From a virus (Duplodnaviria; Caudoviricetes): 64,000 nucleotides of DNA. The stretch is taken from positions 1 to 64,000 of IMG/VR virus record IMGVR_UViG_3300044557_000281, one strand, 5' to 3'. Of this stretch, positions 19,681 to 29,996 are shown in pieces. The position numbers were made by a program, and so were the translations under genes. The notes under the pieces are model-generated. The model made no database searches. It was not told the origin of the DNA and saw only the letters and a program-made list of their open reading frames with translations. Every line of letters begins with the position of its first letter. Position 1 is the stretch's first letter.

Positions 19681-20274
19681 TTGTATACGCTTGGACAAAA
19701 ACAAAAGAACGGTAGCACAAAAATAAAAAGATACAGAAGGAAAAGCCTATACAGCTTTGATACTTTAGAAGAAGTGACCACTTTTATTAAGGAAAAGAAC
19801 TTGGAAGAAAGCATTGTTCCTTTAGAGATTTTAGCTGGCACTGTACGAGAACTATTCTTAGCTGAATCAGACCCAGAAGCTTTCCACTTTGGGTACAATG
19901 TAATTGAGTTGATTGCTAGTAATGCTAATCGTGCGGTTATTTATGACAGCCCCGACTATAAAGTGGCTTTATCAGTAGATATGGAAAACTATTCATTGCA
20001 TTGTTTTAATGAGTATGATACCACCTATGAAGATGAATCAGGAACAGAATTAGCTGAACACGTACAATCGTACCGTAGAATAGATATATTGGACTTGTTC
20101 GGAGTGTATCAACAAAGTAGGTTAAACGGATTACCACTAGTACGTGAATCAGAACTTCTTGACTTAATAGACGATTATGATTGTACTGATTTGTCAGAAC
20201 ATAACATTTGTTATGAGGGAGAACAGTTCCGTGCTATGCTTAATAAGGTGTATCTTAACAAGCAAAATTCATAA
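19681..20274 (+). CDS. Hypothetical protein
   Basis: 197-aa ORF in operon. Confidence 0.65.
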   Translation: MYTLGQKQKNGSTKIKRYRRKSLYSFDTLEEVTTFIKEKNLEESIVPLEILAGTVRELFLAESDPEAFHFGYNVIELIASNANRAVIYDSPDYKVALSVDMENYSLHCFNEYDTTYEDESGTELAEHVQSYRRIDILDLFGVYQQSRLNGLPLVRESELLDLIDDYDCTDLSEHNICYEGEQFRAMLNKVYLNKQNS

Positions 20275-20353
20275 AATCTTCACACAAATTAACTCAACGT
20301 TGCAAGGCGTTAGGCTATATTATAATTAGAAACCAAGAGAGGGAGTTTTTTAT

Positions 20354-21094
20354 TTGGCAGATACTGAAACGACAACACCTGTAGAAGAATCTACAGAAGC
20401 AACGCCTGTTACCCCAGAAGAAACGGGTACAGAATCAGAAGTCACCACAGCACCAGAATCAACATCAGAAGTAGAACCAGAAGTTACACCGGAATCGGAA
20501 GCAGAAACACCAGAGGTTACGGAACCTGTAACAGAACATACTACAGAAGAAACACCAGTTGAAACACCAGTTGAAACACCAGTTGAAACACCAGTTGAAA
20601 CACCAGTTGAAACACCGGCTGAATCAACTACAGAAGAACCAGTGGAATCAACAGTTGACCCTACTATTGTTGCTAATGCAACAGAGGTATTAACAAAAGT
20701 AGCAGAAGAAGCAGAAGCCAAAGCGCAAGCGGAAGAAGAAGCCAAAGCGCAAGCGGAAGAAGAAGCCAAAGCGCAAGCGGAAGAAGAAGCCAAAGCGCAA
20801 GCGGAAGAAGAAGCCAAAGCGCAAGCGGAAGAAGAAGCCAAGGCGGCAGAAACACCTGTTAAAACTACAGTAACAAAATACTATGTAGAAATCCGTTTAA
20901 CTCGTGAAGGTGTGGATTATGTATTTGCTGATACCATTGGGAATACAGATATTCTAGCTACTCAAGACAAATTCGGTAAATTACTACGTGGATTTAGTAC
21001 AGTATACGATACAAGACGTAATATTGTGAAGTTGTCACCTAATGGTGTAACAACATTGTACTACCGTTTAATTTCTGTAGAAGTAAACGCCTAA
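20354..21094 (+). CDS. Acidic low-complexity repeat protein
   Basis: ETPV x5-6 (12-bp unit) and AKAQAEEE x5 (24-bp unit); strong RBS. Confidence 0.7.
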   Translation: MADTETTTPVEESTEATPVTPEETGTESEVTTAPESTSEVEPEVTPESEAETPEVTEPVTEHTTEETPVETPVETPVETPVETPVETPAESTTEEPVESTVDPTIVANATEVLTKVAEEAEAKAQAEEEAKAQAEEEAKAQAEEEAKAQAEEEAKAQAEEEAKAAETPVKTTVTKYYVEIRLTREGVDYVFADTIGNTDILATQDKFGKLLRGFSTVYDTRRNIVKLSPNGVTTLYYRLISVEVNA

Positions 21095-21640
21095 ATCAAA
21101 TTAATTTAACGTGTAACCACTAACTTGTTGACAGGCTAGTGGTTTTTTTTGTTACTATGAGTTTGTAAAAGAATAAGGGGGGGGGGGATTATATGAGCCA
21201 AGAAGAATTAGAACGGAAAGCAATAGAGGAGTTAAAACAAGAGAAAAAGGTAGAAGTTACTTATTGCGCAAAACGAGATTTAATTTTAACACAGATGATG
21301 ATTGAGACTTATGCTTCTACACTAAAAGTGGAGCAACTGATTTCGCTAAATTGTTTAAAAAACTATTCTATAAAACCTATGATGATGAGGCTGTTCGTAA
21401 AGTAGCTAATCTGATTTGGAGAAAAAATGTTACTGTATTGTATGAGGTTATTTTACCAGATAGAGACCCTCATTTAGTGGATTATGACCATGACCAGTTA
21501 CGGTTATTAGATGTAGTAGACAACAACTTAAACTTTAAACTGAATCAAAAAGTAAAAGACATTTTAGTAAACGATTGGGACTTTGAACAACAAGAACCAA
21601 CCGTGCTTGCTGATAGCAAAGACCTATTGGCATTCATGAT

Positions 21641-23220
21641 GATTTTACGCCAGGAAACTCGGTATTTTAATGCCGAGAGGAATGGCGTCCTTTCTATAAT
21701 TTAGTGTAATTTAGTATTGACAAAATGCTCGATTTCTGCTATAATAGAAGTATCTTAAGTAGAAAGGGGCCCTTATGGAATCTGCAATTTCTTTAAAATT
21801 TAGACTATATCCAACACCAGAACAAAGCCGAGCCTTTTCAGACCTTTGTCAACGTTATGCCAACGCCTGTAATTTTGCAAGTCAATATGCCTTTGACAAC
21901 GGAATGATTACTTCAGTCATTGACTTAAACAGAGGCATATACTTAAACCTTCGTCAAAAGTTTAACCTTAAAGCTCAGTTAGCACAGTCTGTTTCACGTA
22001 CAGTTACTGCACGATATAAAACAATACGTAAACAAATGCAAAAGAATCCTTATGTTTGCAAGTACGAAGTGATACCTAAGAATCTTGATAAAACAAAGTC
22101 TAAAAATAAAAAGTTTAAAACAGTATACGTTAGTCGAAATTTAGACTGGTTACAAAAACCTGTACAATTCAATCGTCCACAAGCGGATTTAGTAAGAAAC
22201 CGTGACTATAGTTTTGTAGAAAATTGCACTAAACTGTCAATTAATACATTAAACAAACGTGTAAAAGTAGATTTTAGTATTAAAGGTTTTGAACATTACC
22301 TTGACGATTATAAACTTGGTACAGCTAAGTTGGTTAAGTCTAATGGAAAATGGTTCTTGCATGTAGGCGCAACAAAAACCGTTGAAGACTTACCCGACGT
22401 TAAACACGTTGTGGGTATTGACCGTGGTTTACGCCAATTGATGGTCACCTATGATGAAGATGGACAGACCGCCTTTTATTCTGGACAAACCGCACGTCGT
22501 AAACGTGACCATTATTCAGCCTTAAGGGCTTCTCTGCAAAGACGTAATACCAAATCTTCCAGACGACGCTTGCGTCGTCTCGGTAACAAAGAGAACCGCT
22601 GGATGACAGATTATAATCATCAGTTATCAAAGACACTTTGTTCAAAATATGAAAATGATACGGTATTTGTTCTTGAAGACTTAAGTGGCGTTCAGTTCGC
22701 TGCAGACAACCAGTCGAAGCAACGTAAGTCTGATAATCATACCTGGGCATTCTATCAATTGGGACAGTTTCTTGCTTATAAAGCAATTCAAAATCGTTCT
22801 ATGATATTGAAAGTAGACCCGGCATACACCAGTCAACGTTGTCCTAAATGCGAACGTATTGACAAAGAACAACGCGACCATAAGTTACATGAGTACCGTT
22901 GTGAATGTGGATACGTAAGTAACGATGACCGTTTGGCTGCAATGAACATTCAAATTTTAGGGCAGTACATTCTTGCACATCCAGAATTTAAAACACGGCC
23001 TTCGTATAAAACATTAACAGGCTTGGCATAAATGTCAACCTTATTGCCGGTGCAATCAACCACCGGGTCTAAGCAGCGGCTTAATACGCTATGACTTAGA
23101 TGAGTAGCATCCTCGCATTAAACATTGATTAAGCCAAGGTTTAAGGTGTTAGAAGTGACTTCGTCATGCTTGACTAACATTTGAGTTGCAAACTCGGTAC
23201 TTTAGTGCCGAGTAGTTGAT
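21641..23220 (+). mobile_element. IS200/IS605-family tnpB-only element
   Basis: Subterminal hairpins CTCGGTATTTTAATGCCGAG (left) and CTCGGTACTTTAGTGCCGAG (right); TGAT at the junctions. Confidence 0.8.
21775..23031 (+). CDS. tnpB: RNA-guided nuclease TnpB
   Basis: RLYPTPEQ; RuvC GIDRG, VLEDL, NDDRLAA; CPKC/CECG Zn finger. Confidence 0.9.
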   Translation: MESAISLKFRLYPTPEQSRAFSDLCQRYANACNFASQYAFDNGMITSVIDLNRGIYLNLRQKFNLKAQLAQSVSRTVTARYKTIRKQMQKNPYVCKYEVIPKNLDKTKSKNKKFKTVYVSRNLDWLQKPVQFNRPQADLVRNRDYSFVENCTKLSINTLNKRVKVDFSIKGFEHYLDDYKLGTAKLVKSNGKWFLHVGATKTVEDLPDVKHVVGIDRGLRQLMVTYDEDGQTAFYSGQTARRKRDHYSALRASLQRRNTKSSRRRLRRLGNKENRWMTDYNHQLSKTLCSKYENDTVFVLEDLSGVQFAADNQSKQRKSDNHTWAFYQLGQFLAYKAIQNRSMILKVDPAYTSQRCPKCERIDKEQRDHKLHEYRCECGYVSNDDRLAAMNIQILGQYILAHPEFKTRPSYKTLTGLA

Positions 23221-23624
23221 AGACAAGGCAAGCAAAGAAACCAATACAGAGGGTTATGTGTTACGTGATGTCACTGGCTATATGGTGAAGTACAAAACAC
23301 CAGAGTTCTTATTGCTTAAAGAGATACAAACGGCAATGGAGCATTGTGCAGGCATGAACGAACCATTAGCTACAGGTACACGGTACAGCATAGTCAACCT
23401 GATTAGAGCGATTAACATGCCTATGCCAGCTAGAAATAAGCGAGATGGGGTTAGTATTAGAAGATGGTTAGAACGTTCTCGTGGTAAGGATTGGTACAGC
23501 ATAATAGCACCTAAAACTCTCGGTGAGAAGCTAGATTAATTTCTAGCTTTTTTTGTTTATTAGTGTTGACAATAGTGTGAACACATGGTAAGATGTACTC
23601 ATGAAGCAAAGGGAGAGAACAAAC

Positions 23625-23969
23625 ATGACAATGACAGAAAATGATTTAGACTTTTTAGATGGATATAACGATTATGAAACCACAGATATATCCGAAGAAT
23701 TAGATTTAGGTAATCCGAGAGCGTTGTTTTATGTACCGCTACCACGTACAAAGGACTATCGTAAAGTAACCATTACTGCTTATGAGCAAGGGGATTACGT
23801 GGCGGCATGGGAAAACTTACGTTGTAAAGAAGTAAACCAAGTATTATTCTCATCATTAGGTTATGGGGATTGGGAAGCGATTGTGTATGATGGTGATTTA
23901 TCAATCAGCATGGAAAAATACATTGTGAAGAAACTAAATCAAATCGAGAAAGAGGGTTTACCAGAATGA
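23625..23969 (+). CDS. Hypothetical protein
   Basis: Promoter TTGACA-17-TAAGAT at 23566-23594; RBS before ATG 23625. Confidence 0.65.
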   Translation: MTMTENDLDFLDGYNDYETTDISEELDLGNPRALFYVPLPRTKDYRKVTITAYEQGDYVAAWENLRCKEVNQVLFSSLGYGDWEAIVYDGDLSISMEKYIVKKLNQIEKEGLPE

Positions 23970-24349
23970 GCAACGCATGGGTACCTTATTTTAAATATAT
24001 TGACGAAGAAAAAGAAGAGCTTATTCCAGACAATCTAAGACATTTCTTAATAGAAGTAAATGCCACGGGCATAGAAGCAGGTCGAACAAAAGGTGATACT
24101 ACTACTGTAGTATTCGCTGTTGTGGGCGAAGTAAACGTCACTTTCACTATTAGAGATGAAACACCTGATTTAGTAAATGTAAACGCAGAGGTATATGCCA
24201 CATATGGTGTAGATTACTTGCGAACACTAAGATTGAATGTGATTCCTTTATTAGAGAATGCAGAAATAGACGGTTTACTTCACACGCTAGTAGATTTAAA
24301 CAGCGAGAACGAATACTACTTAATCAAGACAAAGTTCCTTGACAAATGA
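23966..24349 (+). CDS. Hypothetical protein
   Basis: ATGA overlap with the preceding gene. Confidence 0.6.
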   Translation: MSNAWVPYFKYIDEEKEELIPDNLRHFLIEVNATGIEAGRTKGDTTTVVFAVVGEVNVTFTIRDETPDLVNVNAEVYATYGVDYLRTLRLNVIPLLENAEIDGLLHTLVDLNSENEYYLIKTKFLDK

Positions 24350-24498
24350 GAGGTGGTTGGTATATAATAGCGAAAGATAAGAACAGTACCGTAAAGTCCC
24401 CGATACGCTTTGTAACAGCTGATAAGGCATATGCTTACTTAGACAAGTGGGGCTTGCGTGAAACACATAAAGTGAAGAAAGTATTCTAAGGAGGTCAT

Positions 24499-24551
24499 GC
24501 TTGACTAACATTTGAGTTGCAAACTCGGTACTTTAGTGCCGAGTAGTTGAT
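24499..24551 (+). mobile_element. 53-bp right-end-only mini element (PATE-like)
   Basis: Identical to 23168-23220; preceded by GTCAT in both places. Confidence 0.75.
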
Positions 24552-24623
24552 GAAAGCAAAAACAAATATTAGACGGTACGGACGGTTAATCCGCCATGAA
24601 TCCGTCATTTTGGAGAGTGAGTT

Positions 24624-24866
24624 ATGAAAGCTACAATAGTAGAAACCACCCAACCGTTGGAAACCGAACATAGCACTGCTTTATACATTGATAATGTCCT
24701 TTGTTATACCGCAACAGCCTTAACCGCACAAGAAGTGGCAGAATATGTACAACAAGTCGTAGAATCCATTACAAGTGCTTATAATAAGGGAGTAGAAGAC
24801 CCCTTCTGTGACCTCACTATAAAGACTTTACCAAAAACGGAATCGGACTACACTATCAAATTATGA
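24624..24866 (+). CDS. Hypothetical protein
   Basis: 80-aa ORF with RBS. Confidence 0.55.
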   Translation: MKATIVETTQPLETEHSTALYIDNVLCYTATALTAQEVAEYVQQVVESITSAYNKGVEDPFCDLTIKTLPKTESDYTIKL

Positions 24867-25549
24867 CCTGTACCTGTAATCAGCCCTTATATGGAGGAGA
24901 TAGAGTAAGAATCACTTACCTTGTCCATTACCCTAATCAGGACATAACACAACAAACCATTTTAACTTTCACTAAGGAACTAGAACAGTCCCCAGACATT
25001 GTTAAAATAGAAAAACTTCCCCTATGACGATTCAGTTGTAGGGCTTTTTAATGTAAAAAATTCCCAAAAATAAATGTGGGGAATAGTAGAGGGCGTATAG
25101 AAGAAAAGTTAATCAGAGAAATTACGGGGGAGGGGGAAGAGCAAGGAAGAAGAAGTATCAGTAAAGATAGCGTAAGGGGGGAGCACTTGAACGAATTAGT
25201 TAAGATTTAGTATAGGGTATATGAGCCATAGGAGGGGATTAGTATAGAAGGGCATAGAAGGGCATAGAAGGGGAGAGGCATAGCGGTGGTATAGTAGGGG
25301 AGTAGTGGTAGAGGTATAGACCAATTATAGGGGGCGTTTCATTTACCCAGAAAAATCAGGAAAATTTTACAATGAAAAATAGAAGCCCCAGAGTGTAGGT
25401 GCCCAAATAGAAAGCCCGGCATGTATCGGTCATAAAATAACGGGGTAGGGGTCATCCTCAAGTATAACATAGGATAGCCCCAATGTCAACCCCTAAAATG
25501 AAATTTAATAAAAAGGTTTCGGGGGTCGTGTCCTCCTTGCCTCCCTTGC

Positions 25550-25813
25550 CTAACGTTCTAACAAGTCGGATAAGGAAGCCTTACCTTCTAGTATATATCG
25601 GGCGTTTGTGGCTTGTGTGGTCGTCCCTCCGTACACGTACCCCGCTAAGTCCCTGTATAAGGTTGTTAGGTCGTCCACCCCGTTAAGGTCTTTTAATGCC
25701 TTGTAATAGCCATTAATACCATCGTGGGCTTGCAAGCCCGTGATAAGCTTTCTTTTAGCTAGTGATAACTGATTAAGAATGAATGTTTTGAACAGTTCAT
25801 TTGAGTTTTGCAT
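25550..25813 (-). CDS. Small early hypothetical protein
   Basis: RBS AAAGGAAG; upstream promoter. Confidence 0.55.
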   Translation of the reverse strand: MQNSNELFKTFILNQLSLAKRKLITGLQAHDGINGYYKALKDLNGVDDLTTLYRDLAGYVYGGTTTQATNARYILEGKASLSDLLER

Positions 25814-26232
25814 TTTTAGTACTTCCTTTTCTTATTTATAAACCTAGTATACACTAGTTTTTTAAGGTGTCCACCCTTTTGATTAAATAAATGCAATAAT
25901 AACAAAACTTTCTAAAAGTTCCGCCCTCCTTGCCCTTGTGGTATTTCAATATCTGCAAACCCTTCCGAATCAAATCCCCATGCAACAGGTATATTAATAT
26001 CCCACACGGTAACAAGTCCGCCCCCGTGTCGTCCTTGTGTGTGTCCCTTGTTCCTTACAAGACAAGTATACCATCCCCTTATTAGTATTGCAAGCACTAA
26101 TTGCATGAAATACAAATTTTTTAATTTCTTTTTATCGATTGTAAGCTTCTCTAAGCTATCCTAATGTTTTATGTGTAATTATGTATGATTGTTCTTACAA
26201 CGCCTTAAACGGGCTTACAATGACAATAGGGG

Positions 26233-26487
26233 CTATTTAAAGCTTGCGCTATCATCTTTATGGTACAAGTAGAAAAGTATGATAGCTAATAGTAGTAGTC
26301 CCGTGACCGTGGGAACGAACATATAATATAACAGCCAACTCACTAGAATGACTGGTAAATATAGGCACACTACTAGTTTAAATAACTTTAGAAAATGACT
26401 GAAGGACTTAAAGCACCCTAGTACTGCCATGATTGCTAGGACTGCTGAAACTATTGTTATATAAAAGCAGGTGACTGTTACTAGCAT
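26233..26487 (-). CDS. Small membrane protein
   Basis: Three hydrophobic segments. Confidence 0.5.
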   Translation of the reverse strand: MLVTVTCFYITIVSAVLAIMAVLGCFKSFSHFLKLFKLVVCLYLPVILVSWLLYYMFVPTVTGLLLLAIILFYLYHKDDSASFK

Positions 26488-26893
26488 AATAACAACCAGC
26501 CCAATGAAATTTTCATGATAAACTACATCCCCTCTGTTAAGATCTCTAAGGCGTTGTAAGCTACTCTAGTATAATTATTCCAATAGTGGCTTAGAATAGC
26601 TTACGTGACCGTTTAGAGGTACTGCAAGCTATAATGCAATGATTGTGTATCCTTGACTGTCCAACTGAATATCTAATCCGTTATTTTCGTCCTTACTGCA
26701 TAGGTAGCCTACTACTTGTCCCTTACTATTGATTACCTTACACGTTGAGTAGTTATTCTTCTTAATTGCCATGTTATTTTTCCACCTTTTACTAGTTTTT
26801 GTATAGGGGCGGTACTCGTTCACCGTTTAGGCTTAACCCTCACCCTCACCCCCTTACATTTATTATTATAGATCCTTTAACTTAGTAAGTCAA

Positions 26894-27259
26894 CTACTTA
26901 TTTAAAAGAATTTGTTCTTCTAAAAACTTTTCTGTTTCGGTAACTTTAGCTTCATTATCTGTCATAGTAATTTCTAAGCCACTTGACCATTCGTTCAAAT
27001 ATGTTTCTTGAATGATAATGAACTTACGAGGTTTAGCTTTCCCGATCTTAATGCGGTCAGTCCCATAAATAATGTAATTGTTTACTAATCTACCCTCATA
27101 CGTTTCTACCCAACAGTTCAAGTTTTCAGCAAAGTCCTCCCAACATTTCAAGTTTTCAGCAAAGTCCACCAAACAGTTCAAGTTTTCAGCAAAGTCCACT
27201 AGTCTATTCACTGTTTCTAAGTCTGCATTGATTTTGTAATCTCTCATGATAAATTCCAC
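26894..27259 (-). CDS. Early hypothetical protein with internal 10-aa triplication
   Basis: (L/W)(V/E)DFAENL(N/K)C x3 = 30-bp tandem repeat. Confidence 0.6.
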   Translation of the reverse strand: MEFIMRDYKINADLETVNRLVDFAENLNCLVDFAENLKCWEDFAENLNCWVETYEGRLVNNYIIYGTDRIKIGKAKPRKFIIIQETYLNEWSSGLEITMTDNEAKVTETEKFLEEQILLNK

Positions 27260-27453
27260 CTTTAGTTTTATTTGTTGTTTCCTTATCTCTCTTACAAACC
27301 TAGTATAAGCTCTTTGAGCGAATAAGTCAACTACTATTTAAAAAGAATTTAAAAATAATAAATAAATATTTATGGTTGTAATTGGTACCCTAGTATGGTA
27401 TACTTAATTTATAAAGAGGTGGGAAACCAGATGGCACACCGAACCACGGCTAT

Positions 27454-27471
27454 AATGTAAGCGCTTACATT
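27454..27471. promoter_or_regulatory. cre-like (CcpA/LacI-family) operator, copy 1
   Basis: Perfect palindrome AATGTAAGCGCTTACATT. Confidence 0.6.
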
Positions 27472-27659
27472 TAGGTGTTACTTCCTTGTTTGACCCGAAC
27501 TGATTTAAAAAAAAGCCCGTGAATTTTATGAGAATTTTTTAATTTACTTCACCTTCCTTTCTAATTTTACTGACCTCACTATCCACCTTTCCCTTATAAG
27601 TTAAGTATAGCAAAGGTGGGCTAGTAAGTCAATAACTTTTATTAAGTTTTTTTACTAAT

Positions 27660-27890
27660 TTATTTCATGTTTGCAATGTGGTTTATATTGCCTTTATACA
27701 AGAAACAATTTTCATCATTATAGGCGTTATATGGTAGCGTGTTAGGCGTCCCGCTTGCTGTTCCTTGTGCTGTTAGTGTTCCCGCTTCCTTGTTGTTACT
27801 GATAATAATTTCAATATAGCCAAACATTTCCGATTGAATGACGTCCCCAGCTGTCAGTATGTTAATGTTATTTTTATTTATTTTATACAT
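27660..27890 (-). CDS. Small early hypothetical protein
   Basis: 76-aa ORF with RBS. Confidence 0.55.
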   Translation of the reverse strand: MYKINKNNINILTAGDVIQSEMFGYIEIIISNNKEAGTLTAQGTASGTPNTLPYNAYNDENCFLYKGNINHIANMK

Positions 27891-27951
27891 AGTATTTTCC
27901 CCCAGTAAGTCCTAGCTACCTCTCACGATAGCTAGGCTAGTTTATTAGTTG

Positions 27952-28521
27952 TTATTGTAATGCACTTGCGGCAACTTCTTCATAGCCGGCAGATGGTTCA
28001 CGGAAAGCGGTATATATAAGTTCTTCTTTGTCGTAGTCGTAATAGTAGCCAACAACTTCCATTTCAGTGCCATCTTTTAATGTTATGTTAAACTCTTCCG
28101 CATTGTTTACCGCGTCCATAGCGCGATCTAATTCAGGAATACCTGTAATCACATGCTCAAAGTCAACGCTTGCCCAGTTATCAATAATTTCAGTTTCATT
28201 GTCTAACAGCTTTTGTTCATAGTCGTAATTGTTAATACTACAAATGTCCATGTTATCACTAATGTAAAAATAGTCGTCTGACCATCTAAAGTCGCTGTCT
28301 AAATTGCTTACAATATCGCTAGGTGAGTAACTTTGTAAAGCACCGTTAAATGCTTCATTGTCTAAATCCATCACCGCATAATCTTCCAGTGACCTATTAT
28401 GGCATGTTAAGTCACTGATAATAGCTTTAAATAGCGCAACTTTTTCGTCATTGCTTGCCCGTTTTACATAAGTAGTTACGGCTTCCGATAAACTGTCAAA
28501 TCCAGTATTTAATGTTTTCAT
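27952..28521 (-). CDS. Acidic early hypothetical protein
   Basis: 189 aa; own promoter and RBS. Confidence 0.7.
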   Translation of the reverse strand: MKTLNTGFDSLSEAVTTYVKRASNDEKVALFKAIISDLTCHNRSLEDYAVMDLDNEAFNGALQSYSPSDIVSNLDSDFRWSDDYFYISDNMDICSINNYDYEQKLLDNETEIIDNWASVDFEHVITGIPELDRAMDAVNNAEEFNITLKDGTEMEVVGYYYDYDKEELIYTAFREPSAGYEEVAASALQ

Positions 28522-28625
28522 GATAATTTCTCTCCTTGTAGGGGTCGAACCTTATTGCCCGTACCCCTTATCTCTTACAAACCTAGTATAAGCTCTTTGA
28601 GCGAATAAGTCAACTACTATTCTAA

Positions 28626-28820
28626 CTAATTTTTAAAATAATTATTTGCTTCATAATCTGCTAAGGCTAACTCTAAACTGTCGTAGCTGTCAAAGTATTC
28701 CGTATGAAAGTCCCCATTGTCTGCATAGTCCTTAACTAACAAGTGGTAGTAAGTTTCTTCCGTCCCATCAGTTTGTACCACTTGAATGCTGTCGTTTTCC
28801 CAGATAGTTGTATTTGTCAT
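28626..28820 (-). CDS. Small acidic early protein
   Basis: 64 aa; RBS GGGAG. Confidence 0.55.
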   Translation of the reverse strand: MTNTTIWENDSIQVVQTDGTEETYYHLLVKDYADNGDFHTEYFDSYDSLELALADYEANNYFKN

Positions 28821-29093
28821 TTTTATTACTCCCTTTCTTTCTTACAAGTTCATTGTACCATTGTTTAATCAGTATTGCAAGCACTAGTTTCAATTCTTTT
28901 AAAACTTTTTTATTGGCTGCCCCCTTTCCCTTACAAACCTACTATAGCATTATCTAATTAGTAACACAATCATTTATCTAAAAGAATTTAAAGAAAATAA
29001 ATAAATATTTATGGTTGTAATTGGTACCCTAATATGGTATACTTAATTTATAAAGAGGTGAATACCAGATGAAACGCCAACCCAACGATATAA

Positions 29094-29107
29094 TGAAAGC
29101 GCTTACA
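29094..29107. promoter_or_regulatory. cre-like operator, copy 2
   Basis: TGAAAGCGCTTACA. Confidence 0.55.
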
Positions 29108-29372
29108 TTTAAGTGTTACTCCCTTGTTTAGTGTCTGGATTTTTAAAAAAGTCCCACACACTTTTTGCAGCATTTTAATTATTTTCTCATTCCTTTCTAA
29201 TTTTTATTTTTACCTGCCCTCCTTACAATTCTTATTATACACTTGTTAACTTAGTAAAGCAAGCACTATTTTAAAAGAATTTTGAAAGAGTGCTAACTTA
29301 ATAACACTCTTTCATTCCTTTTAATCCGCTGTTACACTAGTAAAGACAACGCCATTTTCTGTTAAGTAATCC

Positions 29373-29996
29373 TTAACGCTTTTTGCGGATAGGTGTAATC
29401 AAATAAGTGAAGTCAATGCTTGATACTACGAATGGCTTAGTAACCGTTGAGTAATTAAATTCAATTGTTTCCCGTGTACAATCGGATAAGTAGTCACAAA
29501 CAAAAGCAAAGCAATCTCTTAAATATTCACAATTACAAAGAATAGCGGTATGGTTAACAATCTCACTACTACTAACAGCTAACTCGATAGATACGGGACT
29601 AGTAATCACACTAGACTTATTTTCTTGGAACCCGATTGTCATTTTATCTTTGTCAATCGTAAGTACCGCTATGCTTTTCTTAAAGCTAGTCAAAATTTTA
29701 ACGTTATCTTTAGAAAAAGCGTTACGTATTAAATGCACTCTATTCGATTGATTTGTTTCGATAGCACCCTCTATAATTCTATCAGTTGCAGGATAACGCC
29801 CGTCAATTTCTTGCATAGTGTTAATATTAAGCACCATATCGTTTTTAATTTCCCCAATAAAATCAGTTTCTAGCATACGGTAACTGTCAGTAGCAACGAG
29901 CTTATTACGGTCGGCTTGGAAATGCACGCCACCTAAAATCGGGCGTGAGTCTGTTTTCTTAGTGATTGCAGTAAAGTGTTTGTTTAAATTTTTCAT
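29373..29996 (-). CDS. Truncated DNA polymerase III beta-clamp-like protein
   Basis: SRPILGGVH..KLVATDSYRM; YPATDRII; CNCEYL.DC..; KPFVV..YLITPIR resemble DnaN domains 2-3. Confidence 0.65.
   Translation of the reverse strand: MKNLNKHFTAITKKTDSRPILGGVHFQADRNKLVATDSYRMLETDFIGEIKNDMVLNINTMQEIDGRYPATDRIIEGAIETNQSNRVHLIRNAFSKDNVKILTSFKKSIAVLTIDKDKMTIGFQENKSSVITSPVSIELAVSSSEIVNHTAILCNCEYLRDCFAFVCDYLSDCTRETIEFNYSTVTKPFVVSSIDFTYLITPIRKKR

Larger units (their letters stand above)
21193..23539 (+). pseudogene. T4 Rnl1-like RNA ligase remnant, 5'-degraded and IS-interrupted
   Basis: TKSG..DFAKLF, LYEVI.P..DPHLV, EGYVLRD...MVKYKT; removing 21641-23220 rejoins AFM-IDKAS in frame. Confidence 0.55.
27288..28621 (-). 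repeat. Duplicated 51-bp promoter block (27288-27338 and 28571-28621)
   Basis: Identical sequence containing TTGACT-17-TATACT on the minus strand. Confidence 0.8.

Noticed and set aside
20350-20855. Antisense ORFs 20350-20841 and 20673-20855
   Set aside because: Shadows of the tandem repeats in the plus-strand gene
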